A DNA stretch of 64,000 bases from Candidatus Sericytochromatia bacterium (GTDB taxonomy: Bacteria; Cyanobacteriota; Sericytochromatia; S15B-MN24; UBA4093): positions 7,166-71,165 of the forward strand of contig JAKFBU010000030.1 in the NCBI GenBank assembly GCA_036676985.1. Direction: 5' to 3'. The position numbers and the translations under genes are program-made. Under the pieces are notes generated by a model that saw only the letters and a list, made by a program, of their open reading frames with translations, made no database searches and had not been told where the DNA came from. This document shows, in pieces, positions 11,117-20,606 of this stretch (within the stretch, counting starts at the first letter, position 1; the number at the start of each line of letters is the position of its first letter).

Positions 11117-12472
11117 ATGTCTCACTGGGCCCAGGACGCCGTCTTCTACCACGTCTATCCGCTCGGGGCGCTGGGGGCGCCCGCGCGCAACGACTTCTCG
11201 AGCGCTCCCCAGGCGCGCCTGGAGGAGCTGCACGCGTGGCTCGAGCCGCTCCAGGCGCTGGGAGTCACGGCGTTCTACTTCGGCCCGGCCTTCGAGTCCA
11301 CGGCACACGGGTACGACACGGCGGACTACTACCGCGTCGATCGCCGGCTCGGCGACGACGCCGCCCTCGCGCGCTGGAGCAAGGCCCTGCACGGGCGCGG
11401 CATGCGCCTGGTGCTGGATGCCGTCTTCAACCACGTGGGGCGCGACTTCTGGGCCTTCCGAGACGTCCAGCGGAACGGCGCCCACTCCCCCTATGCGGGC
11501 TGGTTCCACCTGGACTTCGGGCGCCGCAGCCCCTGCGGGGATCCCTTCTATTACGAAGGTTGGAACGGCCACTACGACCTGGTCAAGCTCAACACGAGCC
11601 ATCCTGGCGTCAAGGAGCACCTGTTCGGCGCCGTCAGGCACTGGATCGAGGCCTACGAGATCGACGGCCTGCGCCTGGATGCCGCGGACGTCCTCGACAA
11701 GGGCTTCCAGCAAGAGCTCGCGACCTTCTGCCGCACGCTCCGGCCCGACTTCTGGCTCCTCGGCGAGGTCATCCACGGTGACTACAAGGGCTGGGCCGGT
11801 CCCCACATGCTCGACTCGGTGACGAACTACGAGCTCTACAAGGGCCTCTACTCCAGCCACAACGATCGCAACTACTTCGAGCTGGCCCACTCGCTCAACC
11901 GGCAGTTCGGTTCGGGCGGGCTCTACCGGGACCTTTCGCTGTACACGTTCCTGGACAACCACGACGTGGAGCGCATCGCGAGCCGCCTGAAGCGCTCAAG
12001 CCACCTCTACCCCCTGCACGCGCTGCTCTTCACCGTCCCTGGCGTGCCTTCTCTCTACTACGGCAGCGAGTGGGGGATGCTTGGTAAAAAGGCGCACAAC
12101 AGCGACGCGCCGCTGCGACCCGCCTTCCACCCGCAAGCAGGTCCCAGGCAGGGGACCGAGCCGGACCTGGCAGCGGCAGTGTCGCGGTTTGCCCGTCTGC
12201 GCCGGGCGCACCCGGCCCTGCGGGAGGGGGGCTACCGGCAGCTGCATGTCTCCGCCGAGCAGTTCGCCTTCCTGCGCAGCTGCCAAGACGAGCAGCTCGT
12301 GGTCGCCGTGAATGCGTCGGACGAGCCCGTGGAGATCCGGCTGCCCATCGAGGAACACGGCGCGAGCCAGCTCGTCGACGTGCTCAACGACGGGGAGCGC
12401 TTCTCCGTCATGGGTGGAGAGGCGGTCGTCACGCTCTACCCGAGCTGGGCGCGCGTGCTGAAGCTGGCTTAG
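11117..12472 (+). CDS. GH13 alpha-amylase family glycoside hydrolase (catalytic domain only)
   Basis: 451 aa with the four GH13 regions: DAVFNHVG, GLRLDAADV, LLGEVIHGD, FLDNHDVER. Strong AAGGAGG RBS. Confidence 0.88.
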   Translation: MSHWAQDAVFYHVYPLGALGAPARNDFSSAPQARLEELHAWLEPLQALGVTAFYFGPAFESTAHGYDTADYYRVDRRLGDDAALARWSKALHGRGMRLVLDAVFNHVGRDFWAFRDVQRNGAHSPYAGWFHLDFGRRSPCGDPFYYEGWNGHYDLVKLNTSHPGVKEHLFGAVRHWIEAYEIDGLRLDAADVLDKGFQQELATFCRTLRPDFWLLGEVIHGDYKGWAGPHMLDSVTNYELYKGLYSSHNDRNYFELAHSLNRQFGSGGLYRDLSLYTFLDNHDVERIASRLKRSSHLYPLHALLFTVPGVPSLYYGSEWGMLGKKAHNSDAPLRPAFHPQAGPRQGTEPDLAAAVSRFARLRRAHPALREGGYRQLHVSAEQFAFLRSCQDEQLVVAVNASDEPVEIRLPIEEHGASQLVDVLNDGERFSVMGGEAVVTLYPSWARVLKLA

Positions 12473-12499
12473 AGGAGTTCCCGTCCCGGGTCGACGTGC

Positions 12500-13315
12500 C
12501 TAGCGCGAGGCCTTTCGGGCCCAGAACAGCATGCGCCTGAAGGGATAGAAATAGGGAGCCCGGTCACCGAGCTCGCGCAAGAGCCTGGCACGATAGGTCG
12601 AGAGAAAGGCCTCCTGGGCCTCGGCCTCGAGGCGGCCCAGATAGGCCGTCAGGAGCGTCCCCTTGACCCACTCCACGACCGCTCCGACGTCCGGGAGCAC
12701 GTGGCCGTAGATCTTCTCGAGACAGACCTGCTCCTCGAAGCCGTGCTCGTATAGGAGCTCGGCGTATCGCTCGAGCGACAGGACCTCACTCTGGCGCACG
12801 TAGCCGCCGAGGAGGTCCTTGAAGGGCGCCTCCTCGGCCACTTCGGCCGCAAGGCGATGGGAGGGATGCCCCTCGTTGCGGGGGACCTGCACGGCAATCT
12901 GGCTGCCGGGCCGCATGTCCGACAGGCTCCGGCCGAGCAGACCCTCGTTGTCCGGCACCCATTGCAAGGCAGCATTGGAGAAGACGAGGTCACACTCGGC
13001 GCCCCCCCGCCACGCGAGGATATCGGCATGTTCGAAGCGCGTCCGCTCGCTCGCGCGCTCCCTGGCACGCTCCAGCATGGCGGCCGACGAGTCCACGCCG
13101 AGTACCGAGGCTGCCTGCAAGGTCTCGGCCAGCATGACCGTCAGTTCTCCGGTGCCGCACCCCAGATCGACCACCCGCATGGCGGGGCGAGGGTGGATAA
13201 GGCCCACCAGGTCGTGGTAGGGCTGCATGCGCTCGGTTCGGAACTTCTCGTACTGCGCGGGGTTCCAGGCATCGGCGGACACGGCGGACTCCTCTGGGGC
13301 CGGGGGCCCACCCAT
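12500..13315 (-). CDS. tam: Trans-aconitate 2-methyltransferase-like SAM-dependent methyltransferase
   Basis: WNPAQYEKFRTERMQPYHDLVGLI and VVDLGCGTGELT (SAM motif I) resemble Tam. The ATG at 13315 has an AGGAG RBS 5 nt upstream. The track ORF extends to 13393. Confidence 0.8.
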   Translation of the reverse strand: MGGPPAPEESAVSADAWNPAQYEKFRTERMQPYHDLVGLIHPRPAMRVVDLGCGTGELTVMLAETLQAASVLGVDSSAAMLERARERASERTRFEHADILAWRGGAECDLVFSNAALQWVPDNEGLLGRSLSDMRPGSQIAVQVPRNEGHPSHRLAAEVAEEAPFKDLLGGYVRQSEVLSLERYAELLYEHGFEEQVCLEKIYGHVLPDVGAVVEWVKGTLLTAYLGRLEAEAQEAFLSTYRARLLRELGDRAPYFYPFRRMLFWARKASR

Positions 13316-13361
13316 CCTACTCCTGCTCGAACGCTTGGCGCAAAGTCCCGGCCCCCGTAAG

Positions 13362-13907
13362 ATGGTTCCAGAAAGTGAGGTTCCCGTGTCCAAGGCCTTC
13401 CAGTACTGTCCCTACTGCCGGCACGAGCTCGCCACCCGCCCCATCGAGGCTATCGAGCGCCAGTTCTGCCCGGGGTGCGGCGAGGTGTTCTACCGGAACT
13501 CCAAGCCCTGCGCGGGGGCATTGGTCGCCAACGCGGACGGCCACCTCCTCTTGACCCGGCGAGCCGTGGAGCCCTTCAAGGGCAAATGGGATCTCCCGGG
13601 CGGCTACCTCGAAGACGGCGAGCACCCGGAGGCGGGCGCCATCCGCGAGCTGCGCGAGGAAACGGGCCTGACGGTCCGCATCACGGGCCTTTGCGGCATC
13701 TACATGGACACCTACGGGGCGGGCGGCGTGTCGACCCTCAACATCTTCTACGAGGCCGAGATCGTCTCGGGCGAGGCCGGCAGCGACGGCGACGTGAGCG
13801 AGCTGCGCTACTTCGCGCCCGAGGACCTGCCCCTCGATGAGTTCTCATTCGAGAACGGCCGCCAGGCCATCCGAGACTGGCTCTCGCGTCGAAAGGTCAG
13901 GGTGTAG
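13362..13907 (+). CDS. NUDIX hydrolase with N-terminal zinc ribbon (NudC-like)
   Basis: CPYCRHEL...CPGCG zinc ribbon, then the Nudix box GGYLEDGEHPEAGAIRELREETGL. The start is uncertain: ATG 13362, or GTG 13386 with an AGTGAGG RBS. Confidence 0.82.
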   Translation: MVPESEVPVSKAFQYCPYCRHELATRPIEAIERQFCPGCGEVFYRNSKPCAGALVANADGHLLLTRRAVEPFKGKWDLPGGYLEDGEHPEAGAIRELREETGLTVRITGLCGIYMDTYGAGGVSTLNIFYEAEIVSGEAGSDGDVSELRYFAPEDLPLDEFSFENGRQAIRDWLSRRKVRV

Positions 13908-15564
13908 CCGAGGTCTCCGCGGGGACCGGCACGAGCGGCAGGTCGAACCAGAAGGTGCTGCCTTGCCCGGGCGTGCTCTCGACCCCGATCGCACCGCCGT
14001 GCGCCTCCACGATCGCCCGCGAGATGGCGAGCCCGAGGCCCGCGCCCCCGCGCTCGCGCGTGGTGCTCGGATCGACCTGGAAGAATTTCTCGAAGAGGCG
14101 GGGCACGCTCTCCGGGCCGATGCCGATGCCCGTGTCCGCGACCTCGACCCGCACCGACTCGTCTCGGGTCAGCGATCGCACCGTCACGCGGCCGCCGGGC
14201 GGCGTGAACTTGATGGCGTTGGTCATGAGGTTCAGGACCACCTGCCCGACACGCAGCGGGTCCATGCGGACCCAGGTGGCCTCCGATGCGAGCTGCACGT
14301 CCAGCGTGAGGCAGGCCTCCTGCAACTGGGGCTTCAGGCTCGAGAGCTCCTCCTCGATGAGCTGGACGAGGCATGCTTCTTGCCAGACCAAAGTGAAGGT
14401 GCCGGCCTCGAGGCGAGCGAAGTCCAGCATGTCGTCGACGATCCGCTTCAGACGCCGCGCCCCGTCCTGGATCTGGGCCACGAACGCGAGCTGATCCGGC
14501 GAGAGCGGACCGGCCACCCGGTCCTCGAGGAACTCGGAGTACCCGATGATGGAGGCAAGCGGCGTGCGCAGCTCGTGGGAGGCGACGTTGATGAAGTCCC
14601 CCTTGAGCCGATCGACCTCGCGGAGGTTCTCGATCTGCTCGTGCTGCAGGCGCTCGATCTCGACCCGGTCCGAGACGTCCACGGCGAAGATCAGGACTCC
14701 CTCGAGCGCCCCGTCGTCCGAGCGGGTCGGGACGTAGACGGCATCCATGGGGACGGCCACGTCACGGCCACCGCGCCGGACGGCGAAGGTCAGGCCCGAG
14801 GTGCGGCGGGGCTCCAGCGTCTCCAGGACGGCCGCGAGGCTCGGGTCCGACTCGGGGATGACCTCGCCGTAGGGACGGCCGATGAGCGCCTGGGTCGATT
14901 GGTGCGAAATCTCGGCGAAGAGCGGGTTGAACCAGCGAATCCGGAGCTCGGGGTCCAGGAAGACGACGGCGGCGGGCGCGTGGTGGATGATGCGATCCAG
15001 GAGGGCCTTTTCGGCCGCGAGCTCGCGGGTCCGCTGGTCGACCACGGCCTCGATCTGCTCGTTTCGCGCCTGGAGCTGTTCGGCGAGATCGTGCAATTCC
15101 GTGTTGGCTCGCTGCAACTCCTCGGCGACCGCCAGGGCCGCCGCCCGATCCGCCTCCAGGCGGACCGTCTGCTCCAGTCGACGCCGCATGCCGGCCGCCA
15201 GAAAGAGCGCCACCGCGTAGGTCACGGCGATGCCCACCAGGATCTCCACGTCTCGCCCGTCGTACCGGAAGACGTGCCCCGGGATCGCGAGGTCCACGAG
15301 CAAGAAGCCCATGGCCAAGGCGAAACAGAGGCTCCCGAGGCGGAGACCGCCCGCGAAGGCCGCGTAGACGACGAGCAGGCCGAAGGCCGAGCCCGAGTAG
15401 ATCTCCGGGATGTGCTCCAGGCCCCGGAGGCGCTCGACGGCACCGAACGCCGCGATCGTCGCCACCGTCAGCCACAGCGGCAGCATGCGCCCGACGAACG
15501 ACATGAACTTGACACCTGAGGCCACAGAACAGCCCTCATGCCGCAAACCGACCAAGTTAATCAT
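13897..15564 (-). CDS. Orphan sensor histidine kinase (TM region, coiled coil, PAS, HisKA, HATPase_c)
   Basis: 555 aa. H-box SHELRTPLASIIGYSEFLEDRV is identical to that of the 3187..5658 kinase. [28 protein letters not shown]-like segment between the coiled coil and the DHp domain. Confidence 0.9.
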   Translation of the reverse strand: MINLVGLRHEGCSVASGVKFMSFVGRMLPLWLTVATIAAFGAVERLRGLEHIPEIYSGSAFGLLVVYAAFAGGLRLGSLCFALAMGFLLVDLAIPGHVFRYDGRDVEILVGIAVTYAVALFLAAGMRRRLEQTVRLEADRAAALAVAEELQRANTELHDLAEQLQARNEQIEAVVDQRTRELAAEKALLDRIIHHAPAAVVFLDPELRIRWFNPLFAEISHQSTQALIGRPYGEVIPESDPSLAAVLETLEPRRTSGLTFAVRRGGRDVAVPMDAVYVPTRSDDGALEGVLIFAVDVSDRVEIERLQHEQIENLREVDRLKGDFINVASHELRTPLASIIGYSEFLEDRVAGPLSPDQLAFVAQIQDGARRLKRIVDDMLDFARLEAGTFTLVWQEACLVQLIEEELSSLKPQLQEACLTLDVQLASEATWVRMDPLRVGQVVLNLMTNAIKFTPPGGRVTVRSLTRDESVRVEVADTGIGIGPESVPRLFEKFFQVDPSTTRERGGAGLGLAISRAIVEAHGGAIGVESTPGQGSTFWFDLPLVPVPAETSATP

Positions 15565-15714
15565 ACCGCGGTTGCCCCGTAATCTCTCATCTATACAGGG
15601 GTACAGTACCTACTAGCAGGTGCAAACAGTGACAAATCCTGGATCCAAGCGTCCTGAAAGCCTGGACAGAGGCCTGGGAATTGCCTATAACGGTAGCGCA
15701 CCCTCCCGTCATAC

Positions 15715-16236
15715 GTGCGAGACGCCGCCATGAACCCGAACCCCACCGGTACGCTCGACCCCATCCAAGTGCTCGGCGACGGCCCCCTGCCCGAACCGGG
15801 GCCTCGCGCAGCATGGATCCCGCTCGGCAAGCACGGCCCGTGCTTCGTGTGCCAGCCGGACAATCCCGGCGGCCTGAGGGCCGATCTCTTCCGGGACGGT
15901 GACGTGATCCGCTGCCCGTTCACCTTCCAGGGCCCGCAGGAGGGCCCTCCGCGCCATGCCCACGGGGGCAGCATCGCGGCCCTGCTCGACGAGGTCATGG
16001 GCGCGGCGGCCTGGTCGCGGCGCCACAACCTCCTGGCCGTCCACCTGGAGCTCGACTACCGCCGGCCGATCCCGCTCGGCGCCGAGCTGACGGCTCTGGG
16101 GTGGGTCCGGGCGGAAGGCAACCGCTCCATCAAGGTGGCCAGCGAGATCCGGCTGCCGGACGGCACGACGGCCGTGCAGGCTTCGGGGGTCTTCGCGATC
16201 GCCCCCGAGATGTTCGACCAGCCCTTCTTCGGCTAG
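15715..16236 (+). CDS. PaaI/hotdog-fold thioesterase family protein
   Basis: HGGSIAALLDEVMGAA... followed by the beta-sheet core is typical of PaaI-type thioesterases. The start is uncertain (15715 or ATG 15730). Confidence 0.7.
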   Translation: MRDAAMNPNPTGTLDPIQVLGDGPLPEPGPRAAWIPLGKHGPCFVCQPDNPGGLRADLFRDGDVIRCPFTFQGPQEGPPRHAHGGSIAALLDEVMGAAAWSRRHNLLAVHLELDYRRPIPLGAELTALGWVRAEGNRSIKVASEIRLPDGTTAVQASGVFAIAPEMFDQPFFG

Positions 16237-16414
16237 TTCATCTTCTCGAAACGGAAGCTTGACCGTTTGGAAGCCAACTCTCCATCGTCGCTTGATGCGC
16301 GCGGGGCATAGTAGACCTAGAAGCCGAGCGATGAGGGCGAAAGAAAACGCTACTGGCGACCAGCAGGTTGGCCACCCGCATCCGAAACGCCCAACACTCG
16401 ATCGCATTGCCAAG

Positions 16415-16440
16415 GGCCGCCGTCAGGCGGCCTTTGTGTT
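16415..16440 (+). terminator. Intrinsic terminator-like hairpin in the thioesterase/ligase spacer
   Basis: GGCCGCC (16415-16421), loop GTCA, GGCGGCC (16426-16432), then TTTGTGTT. It lies about 180 nt after the thioesterase stop and 42 nt before the ligase ATG. Confidence 0.5.
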
Positions 16441-16481
16441 GCGCGGGGTTCCCCGGCTGCCCGCGGTGGTAAGATGCAGGC

Positions 16482-18167
16482 ATGCGCAAGACCCGCCAAT
16501 ACCCCGGCCTGGCCCTCCTCGCCGACTGCGAGCACCTGGGATCCTTCCTGGACGCCTTGAACGCGCGCTACGGAGACCGTCCCGCCCTCTCCATCCTGCG
16601 GGGCGATCGCATGGTCACGCACCGCTACTGCGACGTGCACGCGCGCGCGGGGCAGATGGCCGCCTACCTGGAGACGCTCGGGATCGCGCCGGGCGATCGC
16701 GTGGCGATCCTCGGCGACAACTCGCCGGAGTGGCTCATGGCGTCCTTCGCAATCGCCCGGCTGGGGGCCGTGGCCGTGCCGCTCGACGCCCAGCTCACGC
16801 AGGGCGAGATCACCCACCTCCTGGATCACTCCGAGGCACGCGCCATCTTCGCGGCCGAGCGCTGGGTGAAGGCCCTCGAGGCCGTGGGCCGGCGCCACGT
16901 CCTGACCCTCGCCCCCGCGACCTTCGAATCGCTCGACTTGCCGCCCGCGCCACCCGTGAAACGCTCGGGAGACGATCTGGCGGCCATTCTCTACACGTCG
17001 GGGACCACCGGCTCGCCCAAGGGCGTCATGCTCACGCACCGGAACCTGCTCTCCAACCTGCGGGGCTGCTCCGAGGTCCTCTACATTGAGCCGCAGGACG
17101 TCCTCATGAGCCTCCTGCCCCTGCACCACGCCTACGCCTACACCACCACCCTCATCGGCCTGGGGGCGGGCCTGCCCGTGGTGCTCCCCCACAGCCTCAA
17201 GCCCGACTCGGTGGTCGCCGCGCTGCAAGCCGGACGGGTGACGGCCCTGCCCGCCGTACCCCTATTGCTCGATCACCTGGCGCGCGGCATCCGCGAGCGC
17301 ATCGACGCCCAGCCGCCCCTGCCACGCACCGTCGCCCGCCTCCTGCTGGGACTGGCCCGGTTCGTGCGACCGCGGGTCGGCGCGCGCGCCGCGCGGGCGA
17401 TCGCGCGCCCCATCACCAAGCGTCTCGGCTGCCTGCGGGGCCTGGTCGTGGGGGGCGCTGCCCTGACGCCGGACAGCGCGACCTTCTTCGACTCCCTCGG
17501 GATCGTCGTCATGCACGGCTACGGGCTCACGGAGACCGCGCCGGTGGTGGCCCTGACGGAGCGCCCCTGGCGCCCGGGAGCGGGTGTCGGACGTCCTCTT
17601 CAGGGGGTCGAGGTCCGGATCGACGCGCCCGACGCCGAGGGCGTGGGCGAGGTGCTCGTGCGGGGCCCGAACGTCATGGCGGGCTACTACCGCAACGCCG
17701 CGGCGACCGAGGCCGCCTTCGCGGACGGATGGCTGCGCACGGGGGATCTGGGACGGCTCGACGAGGCGGGGCGCCTGCAGCTATCGGGCCGCTCCAAGGA
17801 CGTCATCGTGCTGTCGAGTGGCAAGAACGTCTACCCCGAGGAGCTGGAGCTGCACTACGGCCAGAGCGAGCTCATCGCCGAGCTGTGCGTGGTCACGGGG
17901 CACGCCGAGGACGGCAGCGAGCAGCCTCTCGGCGTGATCGTCCCGAGCCCCAAGGCGCATGCCCGCCTCGAAGTGGCGACGGACGACGCCATGCGCCGGC
18001 TCATCGGGCGCGAGCTCTCCCGCCTGTCGACGGGGCTCGCGGACTACAAGCGCCTCAAGCGGTTCGTCCTCCAGTCGGAGGCTTTGCCGCAGACCACGTC
18101 GCGCAAGGTGCGCCGGCATGTGGTCCAGGCCGAGGCCCAAGCCCTCAGCGCTTCGGCCGGTTCCTGA
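16482..18167 (+). CDS. AMP-dependent synthetase / long-chain acyl-CoA ligase (FadD-like)
   Basis: 561 aa. AMP-binding motif YTSGTTGSPKGVMLTHRNL, then GYGLTE, TGDLG and SRKVRR near the C-terminus. Confidence 0.88.
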   Translation: MRKTRQYPGLALLADCEHLGSFLDALNARYGDRPALSILRGDRMVTHRYCDVHARAGQMAAYLETLGIAPGDRVAILGDNSPEWLMASFAIARLGAVAVPLDAQLTQGEITHLLDHSEARAIFAAERWVKALEAVGRRHVLTLAPATFESLDLPPAPPVKRSGDDLAAILYTSGTTGSPKGVMLTHRNLLSNLRGCSEVLYIEPQDVLMSLLPLHHAYAYTTTLIGLGAGLPVVLPHSLKPDSVVAALQAGRVTALPAVPLLLDHLARGIRERIDAQPPLPRTVARLLLGLARFVRPRVGARAARAIARPITKRLGCLRGLVVGGAALTPDSATFFDSLGIVVMHGYGLTETAPVVALTERPWRPGAGVGRPLQGVEVRIDAPDAEGVGEVLVRGPNVMAGYYRNAAATEAAFADGWLRTGDLGRLDEAGRLQLSGRSKDVIVLSSGKNVYPEELELHYGQSELIAELCVVTGHAEDGSEQPLGVIVPSPKAHARLEVATDDAMRRLIGRELSRLSTGLADYKRLKRFVLQSEALPQTTSRKVRRHVVQAEAQALSASAGS

Positions 18168-19707
18168 GGAGCCGGAGGCCCCCCTCGATCCGGGCCCCCA
18201 GGGTCGCCCCGTGGAGGGCCTGCATGGAGCCCGCGAGGAAGTCCCTGAAGCCGTCCCATGTCGGGTACCAGAGCACCCGATGGCGTCCCGAGCGGTTGAT
18301 GTCCACGAGCTTGGCGTCGACGAACTCCATGAGGCCGATCCGACCGCCCACGTAGCCGAGCCCGCTCTCCTTGAGGCCGCCTCGCGGCGTGACCGGGTTG
18401 CCGTAGGTGTCGAGGCCCGTGTTGACCCAGACCGTACCCGCCTCGATGCGCCTGGCCACCTGTTCGGCCGCCGCGAGGTCCCGACCCCAGACCGTCGCGT
18501 TGAGGCCGAAGGAGGACTGGTTGGCCCGGGCCACCATCTCCTCGCGGCCTTCCACCGGGATGATGGGCAGGATCGGCCCGAAGGTCTCCTCGCGCATCAG
18601 GAGCATGTCGTCGGTGACATCCGTCAGCACCGTGGGGGCGTAGAAGTAGCCCTTGCCTTCGAGGCGGTGGCCGCCGACCAGGACCCTCGCGCCCTTCGCG
18701 ACGGCATCCGCCACCTGCGCTTCGACCTTGGCCAGCTGGACAGGGTTGATGAGGGGGCCCACCTCGGTGCCCTTCTCCTGGCCGTTGCCGACCTTCAGGG
18801 CCTTGACCAGCTCGACGATGCGCTCGGTCAAGGGAGCCGCGATCGCACGGTCCACGTACAGGCGCTCCACCGAGGCACAGGCCTGCCCGGTGTTGCTGTG
18901 CGCCGCCCAGACCACGCCGTGGGCCGTGAAGTCGATCTCGGCGTCCGCGAGCACCAGGGCGGGATCCTTGCCACCGAGCTCCAGGGTGACGGTGATGAGC
19001 TTGTCGGCGCAGCGCGCCGCCACCTTCTTGCCGGTCGCGACGCTGCCGGTGAAGCACACGTGCTGGATGGGCGCGTCCACCAGGGCCGCCCCGGTGGAGC
19101 CGTCGCCCGTCAGCACCGCGAGCACGCCCTCCGGCAGGCCCGCCTGCTTGGCGAGCCGGTCGAGGTGGACGGCGACCAGGGGCGTCCATTCCGAGGGCTT
19201 GTGGATCACCGTGTTGCCGGCGGCGAGGGCTCCTGCGATCGAGGACATCGAGAGCAGAAGCGGGTAGTTCCAGGGCGAAATCACGGCGACCACGCCCTTG
19301 GGCACGAAGGTCGAGTAGGTCTTGTGGTTGCGCAAGATGGGATTCCAGACCTGCAGGGGCTGATCCTTGAGAAACCTTGCGGCATGGCGGGCGTAGTATG
19401 CCAGGAACTCACAGGCCGAGAGGACCTCCCCCATGGCCTCGGGGACGGGCTTGCCGTTTTCTTGGCTCAGGAGCTCGGCGAAGGCCTCGAAGTCGTCCCG
19501 CAAGGCATCGCGCAGGCGCAGGAGGTACCGCGCGCGGCCCTCGAAGCCGAGCGCTTGCCAGGCGGGCAAGGCGCGGCGCGCGGCCTCGACGGCCCGGCTC
19601 ACCTCGTCCGGGCCCGACAGCGGCACCTCGCCGATCGGCTCCTCGGTGGCCGGGTTGTAGGACACCAGGCGCCGCACCGCAGCCGGTTGGGTCGTCGCGT
19701 CGATCAT
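18145..19707 (-). CDS. NAD(P)-dependent aldehyde dehydrogenase
   Basis: 520 aa with FTGSVATGKKV, ELGGKDP and GQACASVERLYV (catalytic Cys). It converges on and overlaps the ligase 3' end by 23 nt. Confidence 0.9.
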   Translation of the reverse strand: MIDATTQPAAVRRLVSYNPATEEPIGEVPLSGPDEVSRAVEAARRALPAWQALGFEGRARYLLRLRDALRDDFEAFAELLSQENGKPVPEAMGEVLSACEFLAYYARHAARFLKDQPLQVWNPILRNHKTYSTFVPKGVVAVISPWNYPLLLSMSSIAGALAAGNTVIHKPSEWTPLVAVHLDRLAKQAGLPEGVLAVLTGDGSTGAALVDAPIQHVCFTGSVATGKKVAARCADKLITVTLELGGKDPALVLADAEIDFTAHGVVWAAHSNTGQACASVERLYVDRAIAAPLTERIVELVKALKVGNGQEKGTEVGPLINPVQLAKVEAQVADAVAKGARVLVGGHRLEGKGYFYAPTVLTDVTDDMLLMREETFGPILPIIPVEGREEMVARANQSSFGLNATVWGRDLAAAEQVARRIEAGTVWVNTGLDTYGNPVTPRGGLKESGLGYVGGRIGLMEFVDAKLVDINRSGRHRVLWYPTWDGFRDFLAGSMQALHGATLGARIEGGLRLLRNRPKR

Positions 19708-19763
19708 GGCCCTTCGCTCCTGTCGTCTCTCGCCCGCACGCTTTCACGCGAGCCAGAGGGATC

Positions 19764-20459
19764 TTACCCGATCGGGAGGCGGGACTGTACGGCGATGCCG
19801 TCCGGGGTGACGGTGCACGCGTAGCAGAGGGCCTCCACGCCTTCTGCGAGCGCCTGCTCGAACTCCCGGGCATAGACCGGGTCGATGGCCGCGGCCGGCC
19901 GGAAGCGCCGGCAATCCTCGCGCTGGACGAGGTAGACCATGACCGCGCGGTGGCCCTCCCGGACCATCCGGCTCAGCTCGCGCAGGTGCTTGGCACCGCG
20001 CTCGGTGACGGAGTCCGGGAACAGGGCGAGCTCCCCTTCGGCGAGCGTGACGTTCTTGACCTCCACGTAGCAGAGGCCCCGGTCGGGATCGCTCAGGAGC
20101 AGGTCGATGCGGCTGTTGACGCCGTACTTCTGCTCGGGCTTCAGCGCGGCGTAGCCCGCAAGCTCCGGGATGCGCCCCTCCGCGATGGCCTCGGCGACCA
20201 GGCGATTGGGCAGGCTCGTGTTGATGCCGACCCATGTGGAGCCCACCTGAACGAGCTCCCAGGAGTAGGGCAGCTTGCGCTTGGGATCGGGCTTGTAGCT
20301 GAGCATGACGGGACTTCCGGGCTCCCGGCAGCCCAGCATGGAGCCCGAGTTGGCGCAGTGGGCCGTGACGACGGTGCCGTCCGCCAGCCGCACGTCGGCG
20401 AGGAAGCGCTTGTAGCGCTGGATCAGGGTGCCTGCGACCAGGGGTTCGGGAAACTGCAC
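19764..20459 (-). CDS. sfsA: DNA/RNA nuclease SfsA (sugar fermentation stimulation protein A)
   Basis: MQFPEPLVAGTLIQRYKRFLADVRLADG...HCANSGSMLGC is collinear with E. coli SfsA. Confidence 0.9.
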   Translation of the reverse strand: MQFPEPLVAGTLIQRYKRFLADVRLADGTVVTAHCANSGSMLGCREPGSPVMLSYKPDPKRKLPYSWELVQVGSTWVGINTSLPNRLVAEAIAEGRIPELAGYAALKPEQKYGVNSRIDLLLSDPDRGLCYVEVKNVTLAEGELALFPDSVTERGAKHLRELSRMVREGHRAVMVYLVQREDCRRFRPAAAIDPVYAREFEQALAEGVEALCYACTVTPDGIAVQSRLPIG

Positions 20460-20606
20460 GGGGCCTCACGCGGACGGTTCGGGGACGGCGACGGCTCCAT
20501 TATCTCACCTGACGGGGCACGACGCCCTGAAGCGAGCCGAAACGTTGGGCACCATGCGCAAGCACCCGGATCCGGACGGAGGGACAATCCCCCCAGGAGG
20601 TGGCCC

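Noticed and set aside
13837-15519. 560-aa + strand ORF
   Set aside because: It is antisense to the PAS histidine kinase.
16238-16489. 83-aa - strand ORF in the thioesterase/ligase spacer
   Set aside because: There is no RBS and the composition is odd. It spans a + strand terminator hairpin. I treat the region as non-coding leader or 3' UTR instead.
17959-19824. 621-aa + strand ORF
   Set aside because: It is antisense to the aldehyde dehydrogenase.
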